A DNA stretch of 63,568 nt from Alloascoidea hylecoeti. Its lineage: Eukaryota. The notes below the pieces were generated by a model that was given only the letters and a program-made list of their open reading frames with translations, made no database searches and was not told the DNA's origin. Below, one piece after another: positions 1-13,275 of this stretch. Made by a program: the position numbers and the translations under genes. Each line of letters begins with the position of its first letter. Position 1 is the first letter of the stretch. The DNA is taken from contig BCKZ01000008.1 in assembly GCA_001600815.1 (NCBI GenBank), positions 744,433-808,000 on the forward strand, in the 5' to 3' direction.

Positions 1-72
1 GATGATAATGGAGATGATAATGGAGATGACAACGGTGGTGACAACGGTGGTGATAATGGAAATAATGAATAA
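1..72 (+). CDS. 3' end of an upstream gene, ending in DDNG/GDNG repeats
   Basis: Frame 1 reads DDNGDDNGDDNGGDNGGDNGNNE* with TAA at 70-72; 12-bp repeat unit. Confidence 0.55.
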   Translation, partial: DDNGDDNGDDNGGDNGGDNGNNE

Positions 73-1002
73 GTGTTATATGATGTTAAAGATTGCTAAT
101 TTTCCTTGCCATAAATATATGCCCATCTTTGTTTATCTATAAGTATATGCAGCTAATTGAAAAGTTTATGTTTTGTTTAAATGCTTCAGATACTTCGTTG
201 CAATATTTTTACAGCTAGCCATTGTGTATTATTTATTAATATATAGCCAACGTTCAAGTCCAATATTTTGAGATATCAATGAACAGATTAGAATCCCATT
301 TTCTCCAAGCGAGTTGATACCGTGAACTTATGTCGACCACCTTTTGAATGTATGCATATGCGCTGTATTACGCAGGCATCTAAAGTCCTGCATACCTATA
401 AAAATTCTATATTAAGCTTTCCCATAAAAAAGAGCCGTTCCTCCCTCTCTTTCCCCATTTAGAATTTCAAATCTAAAGTGTCTACCGAACTCGATGATGA
501 TTTGGGTAATTGCATTCGGTGGCTGTCATGTTAAACATTGTGATTACAACAACAGTTTCTGGTTTAACCACCTCTGATCAATTTCACGGATTCAGCAGTG
601 AAAGGCACTGTAAGCCCTTTAAAAATCTGACTACCTGATGAATACTGATCCACCATCCCTTTTATTTTAATTACTCGTTTTATACCACATAGTAATATTA
701 TATCTGTATACAACTGAAGCATATGTTGTAAAAATGTTTAGTGAAGAAGGTGGGGGATAATATTAATTAGTCTGAATGTTTACTTCAAAAAGTGACCGAG
801 TATCGTAGGTTATTACGAAATAGAAAGATAAATTAAGATATAACTAATAATGTATACCATTAACAATGAAATTAAGTAGTGTGTGAAAATAGATTATTAA
901 ATCATGAACCGAAACATAGGATAACATATTAATCAATGCTCTGATTATAATATAACTTATGTGATTTGTAGCATAATTAATTATGAGTTATGTAAATAAA
1001 GT

Positions 1003-2309
1003 CGGGGAAAACTAGCTGCCCATTTTTTTAACATCCCTCCAAAAATTATCTTTAGATATACATAGAATGATTTCTAGAACTCCGTTAAGCGATATTTCAG
1101 ATTAATTATAGTTCTAGAACGAGGTCGCAACCAGCTGAGAGAATTAAAAATAGCATATGAGAAAAATGGCTGAAATAAGTGGAAGGCTTAACATTGCACC
1201 TACAACTGTGCTGTTCAATGTAAATAAACCAACGTTAACAACGCTTCTGATATAACCTCCTCTAATTAAGAAGCATACAAAACCTACTGATATGGCAAGA
1301 AATCAAATTTTAAAGGTTGTAAAAGCTTCTCCCTCTAATACACTTGAGGAACAAGCTTTAAAGTTCAACATTGGAATATCAAAGACTACTAAGATCCTTT
1401 TTGTAAAAACATGACTATGGAGTAGTTTAGGCATGTAAATGATCGCATCTGAATGAGAAGAACCAAATGAATAGAATAATATTGTCTGAATAATTGGGGT
1501 GCATGTGGTCTCATGACACTTGGGATGGTGTTGTATTTAATGAATAATGTTCACTCTTTACAGGATCTGGATCTGAAAGTATACTCCACAACAGTCACAC
1601 CAGACCTTTGAATCAAAAATTATTTATAGTATAGGGAAGTTTGAGTCTGTGGGTCTTATGGTATGGGGAGGAATTTGGAAGGGAGCCCATGCTTCACTCT
1701 ATAGAGTGATTGGGGATCCTAATAGCAAAAAAAAGGGAGCAATCACACGTTCCTACATAGAACTTTTATAGGAGGCCTTTGATGATATTTATGAGTGTGT
1801 CATACTTAAGTAGGATCAGACGTATCTGTAAATCTAGAATCACGATGAATTGGGTTCCTGAAGAGGAGATAGAAGTGTTTGAGTGGCCTTATTTTTACCC
1901 TATTTGACACATGTAGAATCTCCTCAAAAAAAGTCATCACCAGGCTGGAATTAAGATTATGAGTCTTCCACAATGGTGTAGAAATGAAGAAATACATAGT
2001 GTTTATATCTCTTTCAAAATATTAGGACTCATCAGGATATCATTGATCATCTTAGTGACTTTATGCCTCGAAGAGTGGCAGCCGTTTATATAAGGGGATC
2101 ATCACTAAATACTAGGATTAAAATTTGATTTTATGTACAGGTACACTAATATAATATCTGATATCGACAGAATATTATGAGCTGCTTTAAGTACAGTTTA
2201 AAGCATTGTAAAGTATTAGTAGCTAGTCATAATATTTCTATTTGTTTTTGGAGGTGTCGGAAAAAGATGCGTAAATCGTGGTTATCCAAAATGCTAGTTT
2301 TTCCAGATC
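1003..2309 (+). mobile_element. Degenerate Tc1/mariner (IS630-Tc1) DNA transposon relic
   Basis: Broken frames give HTH-like AEISGRLNIAPTTV (~1170), WDGVVF(N)E (~1522), LMVWGGI (~1655) and VFEWP (~1875). Degenerate inverted ends: GGAAAACTAGC..CCTCCAAAAA (~1006-1045) versus TTTTTGGAGG..GCTAGTTTTTCC (~2245-2304). Confidence 0.7.
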
Positions 2310-2976
2310 TAAGTTAGATGATTAAGTTATAGTTATAAGCACAAATAATAATCCATAGAACTTATATCTACCCTTGTACTCTCATCTCTTTAAATCCATT
2401 AAAATTGTAGCTGTTCATTTATTAAATAAATGCTAGAATTGCTTTTTGATAACTTGATATAATCTTGTATATGCCTATACACTTTCAGCTTGTGACAGAT
2501 AAGTATACATGTATAGTGTAGTTCAGGTTAAAATATAAAGATATGATTACAATTGTTATGACCATTAATGCTGTGCTTTATAAAAATCTGAAAAGTTCAA
2601 AAACTACACATCATTACATCGAGATGCTTTCAGTATCTGATAATCGTGTTTCGAAACCTACTCCCTTTTATAATTTTGTGATATTATAGAAGTATACTGG
2701 TAGAGTATATATTCTCGCTGAGAATAAAAAGCTTTTATGTAGAGTTAAGCCCCAACTACAAGTTATAGTTTGCAATTAATATTAAAAAAGAACCAACATT
2801 ATCACGTTTGTTGCTTAATTATTGAGTACTGAAATGTTCAAAATATAAGAAAAACAACCGCAAAAACGTTGAAAGAATAAATATAAATAAACAATTGATC
2901 CATATATTTTTCCGTTAATTTACTCAAAACAGTCAATTGCAATAGGTTTATAACTAATTAATGTTTGAGGTTAGGA

Positions 2977-4078
2977 ATGAAAATAGATATTTTAGTAGCA
3001 ACTGCTCTCAGTTCAGTTGTAAGTGTTTTGGGTTAACTTTTTGAATAATTATAGTAAATTTGCTACATAAAAATTCAGGTCTCCAGAGGACTATGATGAA
3101 GATTATGAACTATTGGATTCTATTAATAGCTTGACAGATGAAAAATTGTATGTAGCTGTAGATGCCTACAATTCCGATACAACGGAAAGTTTATCGACTC
3201 TTCTATATGACTTTTTCAACGCCTACTACTTTGGTACTATTACTATTGGTACTTCTCCACAACCTTTCAAAGTGTTATTGGATATGGGACCAGCAGATTT
3301 GTGGGTCCCAGGAAAAAAATGTAAATAAACGACCTGTATTTGCTGAATCTGTCGAGGAACCTGATATTAATTTTGTTGTAACATTGTTCGATGGCATTTT
3401 TGACCTTGGTTTTGATGGTGGCACAGTAAATGGTATTGTTCCTCCAATTAATAATGCCTTTAATCAAGGGTTAATAACTGAAAAGAAATTTGCGTTCGCT
3501 CTTGGTGATGTTAATACACAAGGATTTCGTTCTACTGGTAGTTTCACATTTGGGGGTTATGATGCAACTAAGTTTACGGGAGATCTAATAGAAATTCCAA
3601 TTGATAAACTTTCGGGTCCTCACTATGGTGCTAATGATATATATATTATTTTTGACAAATCGGGCTTGAAGGTCTTAGCGTCCTCGAAAATGTTTCCGAT
3701 TTCTCTGCTAAACCATTAACCGTTACTGTTGATACTGGGACTAGAGCATTAATTCTTCCAACTGATATAGTCGTTCCTCTTCTAGAAGGCCTTGGTTTCG
3801 TACTTTTCAATGTGTCTAGACCTGTTTATGTTATCAGTTGTCTAAGTGTTCCATTTTTGCCTGATATCACTCTTAAATTGGGGGGCAAGTTATTCACTAT
3901 ACCACCAGATACCTACATCGTTAGTCTAGATCCTATATGTGTTTCTATGATCATGAGTGCGCCATCTAAAATTGACTTTGTTATTCTTGGTGATGTTTTT
4001 CTCCGTCATTATTATTCAATTTATGATTTGGAAAAGAATACTAGTTTTGGAAAAGAGAGTTCGAAAAGTAAGAGGTAG
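2977..4078 (+). pseudogene. Pepsin-family (Pep4/cathepsin-like) aspartic protease pseudogene
   Basis: Signal-peptide-like MKIDILVATALSS then a stop. Fragments YFGTITIGTSPQPFKVLLDMG (first DTG mutated), FDGIFDLGF, TVDTGT (3731) and ILGDVFLRHYYSIYDL are spread over several frames, with an apparent internal deletion. Confidence 0.85.
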
Positions 4079-4589
4079 TCCCTTAAGTTATACATTTACA
4101 TATCATAAGGAATATTGGTGTATAATTCATTTATATTCAATTACTAATATTTTCTTGCGTTCATATATAAGTTTTATATTTGATTTTCATGTAATTTTCG
4201 TTCGTTAAATTTTCTTTTGCAATACTAGGAATTGATTAAAGATTTTATTCAGAACATTTTGAAGCGTTATTTTAATGTGAATTCTTTTTCACATCTTGCT
4301 TTTTATCATAAACTAGAACTCCTTTTTATTGACGGTGCCAGAAAAATTGCTCTAGCCCATTCCTGCTGCCATGGAGGATTTATCAGTAAGGCTGAATAAT
4401 GGTTGAATAATTAATTCTAATGGTAAGCGAACATTTATCCCACTATGTGGCCTAAATTAAGTGCGCCAAACTAAAATGTTTGGATGTTTTAAAAAATCCC
4501 AGCTTCAAAAATTCTGCTTTTGTATTTCACATTAATTATTTCAGAAAAACAAAGATCTTACATTTTCTCATCATCTTTTCTATCATAAA

Positions 4590-5040
4590 ATGTTATACGA
4601 ATTGGTTGGAATTTGTCGTGTGCCTTATTTGAACCCTACACAAGATGTTAAATCGTTAGTATTACAGTATTAAACCGAGATATGAAAACAAGTTAAATTA
4701 TAAACTAACCGTATCTATATTTATTTGCTAAAGTGTTGTAAAAGTTATTGGACGACTAATTATTAATAACAGAGGTGTAGTAAGAGGAATTTATTCGCTG
4801 AATAGAGAATATCTCCCAAAAATCATGGTTAAGCATCAACAATCACATTTTGAAGGTTATCATTTTTTAATCCAATTTGATTCCAGCCCGAAAGTCCAAA
4901 ATGAGATTTTAAGAACCATACAAAATGATCCTCGAATTATCAGAGCTGGAATATTTAATTTAGCCAAGAAAGATTTCCTTTCCCTTTCATCAGTCGAGAA
5001 AAATAGATTACCATCATTGGAAGGAGCACGGGCTAAATAA
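4590..5040 (+). CDS. MRP17: Mitochondrial ribosomal protein bS6m; exons 4590-4654 and 4734-5040
   Basis: Spliced product [11 protein letters not shown]...[15 protein letters not shown]...[26 protein letters not shown]. Intron GTTAGT..ACTAAC..AAG restores the frame. Confidence 0.92.
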
Positions 5041-5444
5041 ACTCAACGACTCTAATGAACTGCAACGTAGTCTCTAAATGTATATATTAATGAGACTAAT
5101 GAATAAAGAATTATATATTTTCGTTTTCACCAAAGTATTTAGTATTAATGGTATAATTATGAACTTTTGTGAAGTCTGTTAGTTGCTCAAAGTTAATCGG
5201 CATAAAATTTATCCAACTAATATTTGAACTAAGATAAATCTTCCATATTGTATAATATCTTATAATTTTTCATCTGTAATTGAGTAAATACTATTAATAT
5301 ATGAAGTTCTGCCCAAAAATATCACTTTACTCTTTAAGAAGATATTCTGATATATACTGACTACTGCGTATATTCCATACTTGTGTACCAACAATTTGAT
5401 TAAAATCTCATTAATTGACGTTGAAGCATCCAAATCGTCTTAAA

Positions 5445-6788
5445 ATGAGTCTTTCACAGCACTCCTCAGGTATGTTCTAACAAAGTTATTCATTTACCAT
5501 TTTGAAAGAATTTAAACATAAATATTTTGTTGTTTTCCTTTTTTTTAGAGGTTGTTTGTCTTCCAATCGTTCGAAATCTTCATTGAAAAATCTGATATTA
5601 ATTATATTTATAGTACTTTTTAAAGGACTGCCTATTCAACGGTTAAATTTTTTACGTAGTTTCAGCTCATCTTCCATAATTAGAAGCAATACTAAGAATA
5701 CTGTGTCTGGTAGACCAAACAATCATCGAAAATCTGGATCCAAATCATCTACCAAAACCGAACCAAAACTTTTAGTTGATGCACAATCAGGAAAGTTTTC
5801 CTTAATAGGAGAAGACAGTCCATTTAATCAATCTAAAGAATTACGAGAAGAATTTCTTTCATTTGTTCAAGAATTTGGTTTTAACTATAGAACACCGAAA
5901 AATGCCTCAAAATTCTCATCAGATTCAAATATACTCAAATACTTGAATCAAACAGCTGAAGATGAGGCATATTCTGATGCCGAATTACACGTTAGGCAAA
6001 AACATCATGCTGATACTATGGGACAATTAGGTTCTTATATCACTGATGTTTATGAACCATATAAAAGTCTCAATCACCCCGTTGATCCTACTGAGTTGAC
6101 AATTTCACACCTTTTAGCATCTGGAGCACATCTAGGGCATCACAAGACCCAATGGAGACCTTCAACACAGACATATATCTATGGTGTTCATAATGGTATT
6201 CATATCATTGATTTAGAGAAAACAACAACATACTTGAGACGCGCAGCAAAAGTCATTGAGGGAGTTTCAGAAAAGGGAGGACTTATTTTGTTTTTAGGTA
6301 CTAGAGAAGGTCAAGCACGTATTGTTCAAACTGCTGCTGAACGTTGTGGTGGGTATTATGTTTCATCTAAGTGGGTTCCAGGGACTCTTACGAACAATTT
6401 CAATATTAGTGGTCATTGGGAAAGAAAAACAGTTAATATGAAAGATGAAACAGTAAATGAAGAAATAGATGAAATTGGTCGAGAGAGTGTGATTAAGCCT
6501 GATTTACTTGTAGTATTAAATCCAAAAGAGAATGATAATGCACTTCGGGAAGCTATGGCTACAGGTATTCCAACAATTGGTATTATTGATACGGATTCAG
6601 AGCCATCTCTGGTAACGTATCAGATTCCAGCAAATGATGACTCGCTACGAACTGTTACTTTAATTGCAGGTGTTCTTTCAAAAGCAGCACAAAAGGGCAG
6701 AGATACACGATATGAAATGTATAATAAACATACTAAGAAACCAGAAGATATACTTGAAGATTCAACATTCCAAGCACTAAAAGCCTGA
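5445..6788 (+). CDS. MRP4: Mitochondrial ribosomal protein uS2m; probable intron 5470-5613
   Basis: S2 motifs GAHLGH, YIYG..GIHIIDL, WVPGTLTN, GIIDTD, IPANDDS. GTATGT...TAG intron joins MSLSQHSS to an Arg/Ser-rich presequence. Confidence 0.93.
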
Positions 6789-7651
6789 ATGTCATAGTTA
6801 TTTGTTGCTGTAAATAGTTCTCAACTCAATAAACAATCTATACACAAATAAATGTAACGAAAAGTAGACCAGGAAGTTTCCACAAAATTTCCAGAATTAT
6901 TAATTCATAGTTCATAGAAATTAATTTGATCAATGATGAATTATAACTTATACACGGTATTATATAAATATTTCTCGTTTAAGTTCCCATTAATAACTCT
7001 TGTATGACACTTAATTTCAGCCATTATGACTACTAAAGATCGGCCATTACCATAACTAATTTTTGGCTGCATTATTACCGGTAAGGCCTATTATTATGCA
7101 GGCATTGCAGGGATTATTGATATGAAACAACTTCGGGTGATAATAAAATGATAATAAGGGACGAAATTAAGTGGAACGACTGTAGCTCCGACTCCGAGTC
7201 GCAGAACGATCAAACCTAAAACATTTTTTGAAAATACCGATTTTATTTTTACAGCTTAATAATGCGTTTACTTGAAAACTTCAATATAATGTATACTAGA
7301 TTAGGTATTTATTTATTTATCTTCAAAGATGAAAATAAAACTCACGACAAGGGTAAATATTAATGATCAACAACAAAATCTGTACAATAAAAAAGTTTAG
7401 AGATATCATATTCAATAAATCAAATTAGGATTAAGTATACGTAACTCCCAGGCTATTTAAACGAAAGACGTAATAGTGGTGGTTATAGGTATAGACAATA
7501 TCTTTAAAAAGATATAAGTAAATATTTGAATAACATAGTGCCAATCATGCTATTTGACATTTTAACAGATATTCAAATATCAGTGTATATTCATTAAAAC
7601 GATCATCAGTATGATCGGCATTTGTTTTCAGATGAGGATTAACAAATATTC

Positions 7652-8809
7652 CTACTTCGTTTTCTTTGTATCTTCAGTTGTAATATCAACAGCAGTTGTT
7701 CCGCTACTATCACTTGAAATACGTTCATCATCACTTTCATCATCACTTCTATCATCTTTCTGTTCACCAGTGGCCACTAATCTATAAGCGATTCTTAGAA
7801 TCAAGAACAACCAATAGGCATTAACCAACTGTAAACCGGAAATCAAAGTGAAAGAAATTACTTGAGAAATCCAGCATTTATATTGTTGAGTTTCCCAGTT
7901 TAAAGTGTAGTCTCCAACAGTTCTAAATTCAGTTAAAATAGACCACAAAATCTTCAGGTTTAAATAATGTCTAGTATATACCCAAACAAAGATAAAGACG
8001 GTGAAGAAGGGAGGAACGAATACGCTTTCAAGATAGTTAAGAGTTTTAGAGGCAGCTAAGAAGAAGTCTGATACATCCATCGTTATATAAACTTCTAGAC
8101 CAACCCAAGTGAAATGGAAACGATATGATAAGAAAATCAAAGACATTGTAATAATATGATGAAATACTAATTCTTTGAAATCCTTTCTTGGCTTTTCAAG
8201 TTGAAGCATGAGAACAACCGATTGCTGTGCCCAGAAAGCTGCCTGTAACAAGTAGTAAACTTTAAAGTGGAATTGGTGTTCTTTATGAGGATAATCAACA
8301 TAAAAAGGAGTTGTTTTAAAAAACCAGAGATCAGAATAGTACATGATATAGATACCATAAGGTGAAGATAATCCATAGTAGCACATGGAGTAAGCTTGCT
8401 CCATAAATCTTTTCATTTTCCCATACGATCTAAGCCCACAGAAAACGGCTAAGGGTTGCAAAACGACCTGCATTAGGAATTCTCGGTAAAAGGTGAAAAA
8501 TATCATATAAAAGAAGACAAAACAAAAATCTTTCTTCCCTTTACCATAATATGGAGGATTTGTACCGGGGATTTCATAAGAGGGGCAGATGAATTTGTGT
8601 AACGGGTTTGTTGCGGTATGATTACCGGAGAAATAATAAGACCCTGAAGTAGTTAAAAGGATAACAAGAGGAATAAACCAGGTCTGACGATAGGCCAAGT
8701 TTGTGAAAAGGTGTTTGATCTTGAGTTGCTTGAGGGTATGCATAGTTGACAGGGAGGGCCCTGTATTATCACCCAAATCAAGTTTTCCAACCGAAGACCG
8801 TCTGCGCAT
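7652..8809 (-). CDS. LAG1: Ceramide synthase (Lag1/Lac1 family, TLC domain)
   Basis: RRRSSVGKLDLGD N-terminus; Lag1 motif RFMEQAY..EKPRKDFKELVFHH..MDVSDFFLA; acidic tail DDRSDDESD. Confidence 0.93.
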   Translation of the reverse strand: MRRRSSVGKLDLGDNTGPSLSTMHTLKQLKIKHLFTNLAYRQTWFIPLVILLTTSGSYYFSGNHTATNPLHKFICPSYEIPGTNPPYYGKGKKDFCFVFFYMIFFTFYREFLMQVVLQPLAVFCGLRSYGKMKRFMEQAYSMCYYGLSSPYGIYIMYYSDLWFFKTTPFYVDYPHKEHQFHFKVYYLLQAAFWAQQSVVLMLQLEKPRKDFKELVFHHIITMSLIFLSYRFHFTWVGLEVYITMDVSDFFLAASKTLNYLESVFVPPFFTVFIFVWVYTRHYLNLKILWSILTEFRTVGDYTLNWETQQYKCWISQVISFTLISGLQLVNAYWLFLILRIAYRLVATGEQKDDRSDDESDDERISSDSSGTTAVDITTEDTKKTK

Positions 8810-8971
8810 TTTGAAAAATTGGAGTGGTTAGATGGAAAAGAGGAAGGTTCGGAAAAGTCAGTTCCTGTGATCATGATCTGCACGTGATGACACAGTTGCT
8901 AGATCGCCTTATTAATACATAATTAACAGTACCTGTATTAATTATAACACTCCGTGCCCACCAACCCTATC

Positions 8972-10614
8972 ATGTCCACAGAAACCATATTCAGTATGTC
9001 CTCTCTTGTTCGTTTTCTCGATTTTTCAGCAATCACCACTAACCCAACCAGTCAAGGCCACAGACGAGTCTCTGGACTCCGACAACTGGGAGTACATTCT
9101 GGATGCCTGCGACCATGTCTCCTCAGATCAAGAGTATGCCTCCTTTTCCATCTTTAGCTGTGAATCCTGTTAATTAATACATTCCTGACAGTGTCAATGA
9201 AGCCATGGACATCCTCCAACAGCGATTGGAGTCGAAGGACGAGAACGTTCTCCAGAGGACTCTTTCGGTATGCCTCCCATTTCTTCACCTCTAAATATGA
9301 CCACCATTCCACTAACCTTCAAATGGTGCTGACCTTAGCTGCTCACCTCTTTGGCCGAGAACTGCGGCCCTTACATGCGCACCCAAATAGCCACTTCCCA
9401 TTTCACCTCAATACTCCTGGACTTAACCTCTGATAAAGCCGTCCCTCAATCTGTCAAGTTTCGAGTTTGTGAGGTAATTGCCCAGCTGCGTGACTCCTTT
9501 GGCGACGATCCTTCTTTGGCTGCAATGGACCACGCATACAAAAAATTGCAGCGAAAAAGACCTTCATTACTCGTTCCCGAAAAACCACAGAAACATGAAT
9601 TGACTGATACTGATAGACTGAAAGAGGAAGAAGAATTGAATGCAGTTTTGAAGTTGTCTCTAGATGAATATGAAAGATACCATCCAACTAAGCAACAATC
9701 ACATTCATATGAACAGGAGGAACCTGAACAATCTCATTATCAGGAAGAACTCTTTGAATCATCTCCTTCTCCTCCTCCGACCCAGCCACAACTACAACAG
9801 ACCCAATCACCTTCTTCCCCTCATACACAACAACCTCAATCATATCCCCCTTCTCAAGCCCATCGTCAAACCGAGAAACAGCAACAGTCACCAACGCCAA
9901 TATATCAAGAACAACATTCATCTCCAAAGCTCCAACAACCCCAACCCCATCCACAACAACAGCCAAAAAAAGATGTCCCCATTTCAGAAACAAAAGATAA
10001 AGGTACAAATGTTGCCACTGTTAGTCGAGTCAGAGCTCTTTATGATCTTGTTTCATATGAACCCGAGGAACTATCTTTCCAAAAAGGTGACATAATTACT
10101 GTCCTCGAAAGTGTTTACCGTGACTGGTGGAGAGGTTCTTTACGTGGGCAAATTGGAATTTTCCCCTTGAATTACGTTACTCCAATAAAAGATGCAACAC
10201 CGGAGGAAATTGAAGCTGAAGCAAGAGAAGAAGTTGCAATTACTAGAGAATCTAGAAATGTTGAAAAATTATTGGCTTTATTAAGTAGTATGAATTCAAG
10301 AGGTGGTGCTGATATTTTAAATCTAACTGAAAATCAACAAATTCAAGAATTATATAATTCAATTACACCATTGCGTCCAAAACTTGGAACTTTAATTGAA
10401 TCATATGCTCAAAAAAAGGAAGATTTAATCCTTTTAAATGATAAACTTGCCGAGTCAGAAAGGTTATACAATGATTTAATGGATGCTTCAATTAAACCAT
10501 ATAAATCCCCACAGCAACAAGAGAAACCATCATTAATACCTATTCCTTCTGGCCAAGGGCCCTCCACAAAATACTATAATCGTGTTCCTTCAAATTCTTT
10601 AGGAGGACAAATGA

Positions 10615-10656
<42 letters not shown>

Positions 10657-10904
10657 CTCATCATCAAGCACCGTATCCAAATGATACATTGCCACCCTGT
10701 GATCATGATATGTTATCACAATCTTCCGTTTCTCCATATCCTACGAATAATTTGCCATTGCCTAACCCTTATCCTTATCAAGAAGGGTCCAATGCCCACT
10801 CCCAACCACATTTGTCTCATTCACAAAACCAAATGGCACAAAGTCAACAATCTCAACTACAGACTCCTTATCCAAATTATCCTTCATTTGCAAGATCTCA
10901 ATAA
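8972..10904 (+). CDS. HSE1: ESCRT-0 subunit (VHS-UIM-SH3-GAT, Q/P-rich tail); exons 8972-8993, 9052-9133, 9192-9267, 9339-10904
   Basis: Three introns (GTATGT, GTATGC, GTATGC donors) give VHS KATDESLDSDNWEYILDACD..LAENCG. UIM EEEELNAVLKLSL; SH3 VRALYDL..DWWRG..GIFPLNYV. Confidence 0.95.
10618..10656 (+). repeat. (CAA)n microsatellite, polyQ in HSE1
   Basis: Tandem CAA run, visible directly. Confidence 0.9.
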
Positions 10905-11244
10905 CTATGATAAATTTAGGCACATTTGTCTTCGCATTTTTTTACATTTATAACATTTATAGTAAACTTATATACCTTCCTCTTTGTATTCATTTAATAC
11001 TTTGAATTTATGTTCGTGTAACTGAAAAAATCTTAATTAAACCTGTTTTTCGACTGCGAAGTTTCCCCTATAAGCCTTAGATACAATCGAAGCTATACTT
11101 AAATTACTATATTAAATTTAAGGTCTATAGTTAGATTTGTTAACAGTTTAAAGCTTCAAATTTGTTGTGCTTTGGTAATGTGCGGCTGAACTACAGTGCG
11201 TCGTAATACGTATTACTGCGTACGTACCTTACTTACAAGCAGTC

Positions 11245-12493
11245 GTGAAGATTTGTCATCTCATAAACGATTTAATCTTCAAACAATTATCACACAAAAC
11301 TTTACTCAATTGTAGAGATGTATCTAAATCATGGAAACAAGCAGCTGAATATGATGGTATATGGAAATCAAAGTTCAAAGATCAAAAATATTGGAAATAC
11401 TATAATGATGATTTGGAGACTGATTCATGGTATGAATATAAAGTGCGTTATCTTTTAGAATCAAATTGATAAATTTACAAAACATAAATGGTCATTCTAG
11501 CCAAACAGAGTGTGTTAAATTTTATAAAAACTGGATTTTAACTGGTTCAGTAGATTGTACAATTAGAATTTGGGATAGTGAAACTTTTCAATGTTTAATT
11601 ATAGGCAAACCAGATCCTAAGATTTTAAAACAATTAGCTGCACCAACTCTTGATTTTTTAAGAGATAATCTATCAGAAATCCAAATATTGGAATTAACAA
11701 AAAATTTTGATATCAAATTTCATTTGGGCAGTGTTATTTGTGTGGATATTAATGATATATATTTAATTTCTGGCTCATGGGATAGGTCATGTATAATTTG
11801 GAAATTACCTAATTTCAAACCAATAAATCATCTATATATGCCACTAAATGGTATTTTTTCAAGTCATTTTATACAACAATTATATTCTATGCTATAATTC
11901 TTATCATATAAGGATCTGAAAATCAAGTATCGATGATTTAGAAAAGCATCTACAGTACAATTTACGGTACAGTTTAGAAGGACAATATTGGAGTCATATT
12001 TGGATTAATAATGGTATAATATATAGTAAAGACGGGACATATTTAATAAGGTCTTGGAAAGTTGAAACTGGTCAAATGGTCAAAGAATTTCAATATTACC
12101 ATTTAGGGGCCATGAAAGTAAAAGATCAGTACTTATTTGCTACTCCTAACTACCAACAAATAACAGTTCGGGGTTTACAATCAAATGAAGTAATAAATGT
12201 TAGTAGATCAGGAAGGATTTGGGAAAGCAATTGCAATATTTATAGTTGATAATAAAATCATTTGTCTTGATTGTTATTGTACTATTACAATTTGGAATTT
12301 AAATGATCTAAAATTATTTAAAAAATTTAAAAAATCAAATTATCGAATCACCATTTTAAATACTTCCTGCTCAATTGATGCTGAGTCTAAAAAGATGGCT
12401 GCTTTTACTTTGGATGGTGATCTTGTTGTTTATGATTATACTAAACATTTAAGAAAAAAATACATTTATAATTTATTGAATATTGAAAATTGA
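11245..12493 (+). pseudogene. F-box/WD40 protein pseudogene, copy 1
   Basis: F-box (LIFKQLSHKTLLNCRDVSKSW) and WD repeats (GHSSQTECVKF..TGSVDCTIRIWD; ISGSWDRSCIIWK) split by frameshifts and stops. Confidence 0.85.
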
Positions 12494-13275
12494 AAGTAAA
12501 CATCGTTACGTTAATTATAAATTTCAATAGAAACTAATTATAATATCACCATTTAATTTATACGCACGGAATTAAACCTGAGGCACCACGTGAACTTGTA
12601 GGTAACTTAGTCTGATGTTTACACAGCTCAGCGCATATATTAGAATGACAAAAATGATCGTAGAATTTCTGTGAAAACATAAGATTTCTCCGTAAATTTC
12701 TACAAAAAGTTCGATTTTCCGTAAGAATTTCCGTCATTCGTATTGTGTATATATGTATTATGCATAACCAAAATGTTATAATATTAATATGATTAAATAA
12801 GAACTATAATACTCAGTAAATAGTGAATAGATGAATTTAATTTATAAGCGCCAAATGAACTAATGTTCTGAATCGCTTTCCTTTTATAGCTATTATAATT
12901 AACTACTAGTAGCTATTAGCTAACGATGTTTTCTTTAAATAGGTGTCTATTGATATTTAACTTTTGCTAGACTTTCTAAGTTTTCATTCCGTTATAATCG
13001 GAGTAATACTATATATGAATTTTTATTATTCCTAGTATGTAAAGGCCTTATATAGAATATATAGCATTGGCCTATAGCTGACTTTCGTCATAGCACAATA
13101 GTTATTATAACTTATATACATGTGAAGTTCTTTAATGTTCTTATGAACCTTTTTATACCCTTAGAAAAGACAAAATTACCGTATGGTATATAAGTTAATA
13201 TAACCAAACTGATATATCATTTCTATTCATAAATTAATGGAATGGTATTGGGCAACTGTCTAATAGTAATAGGAA

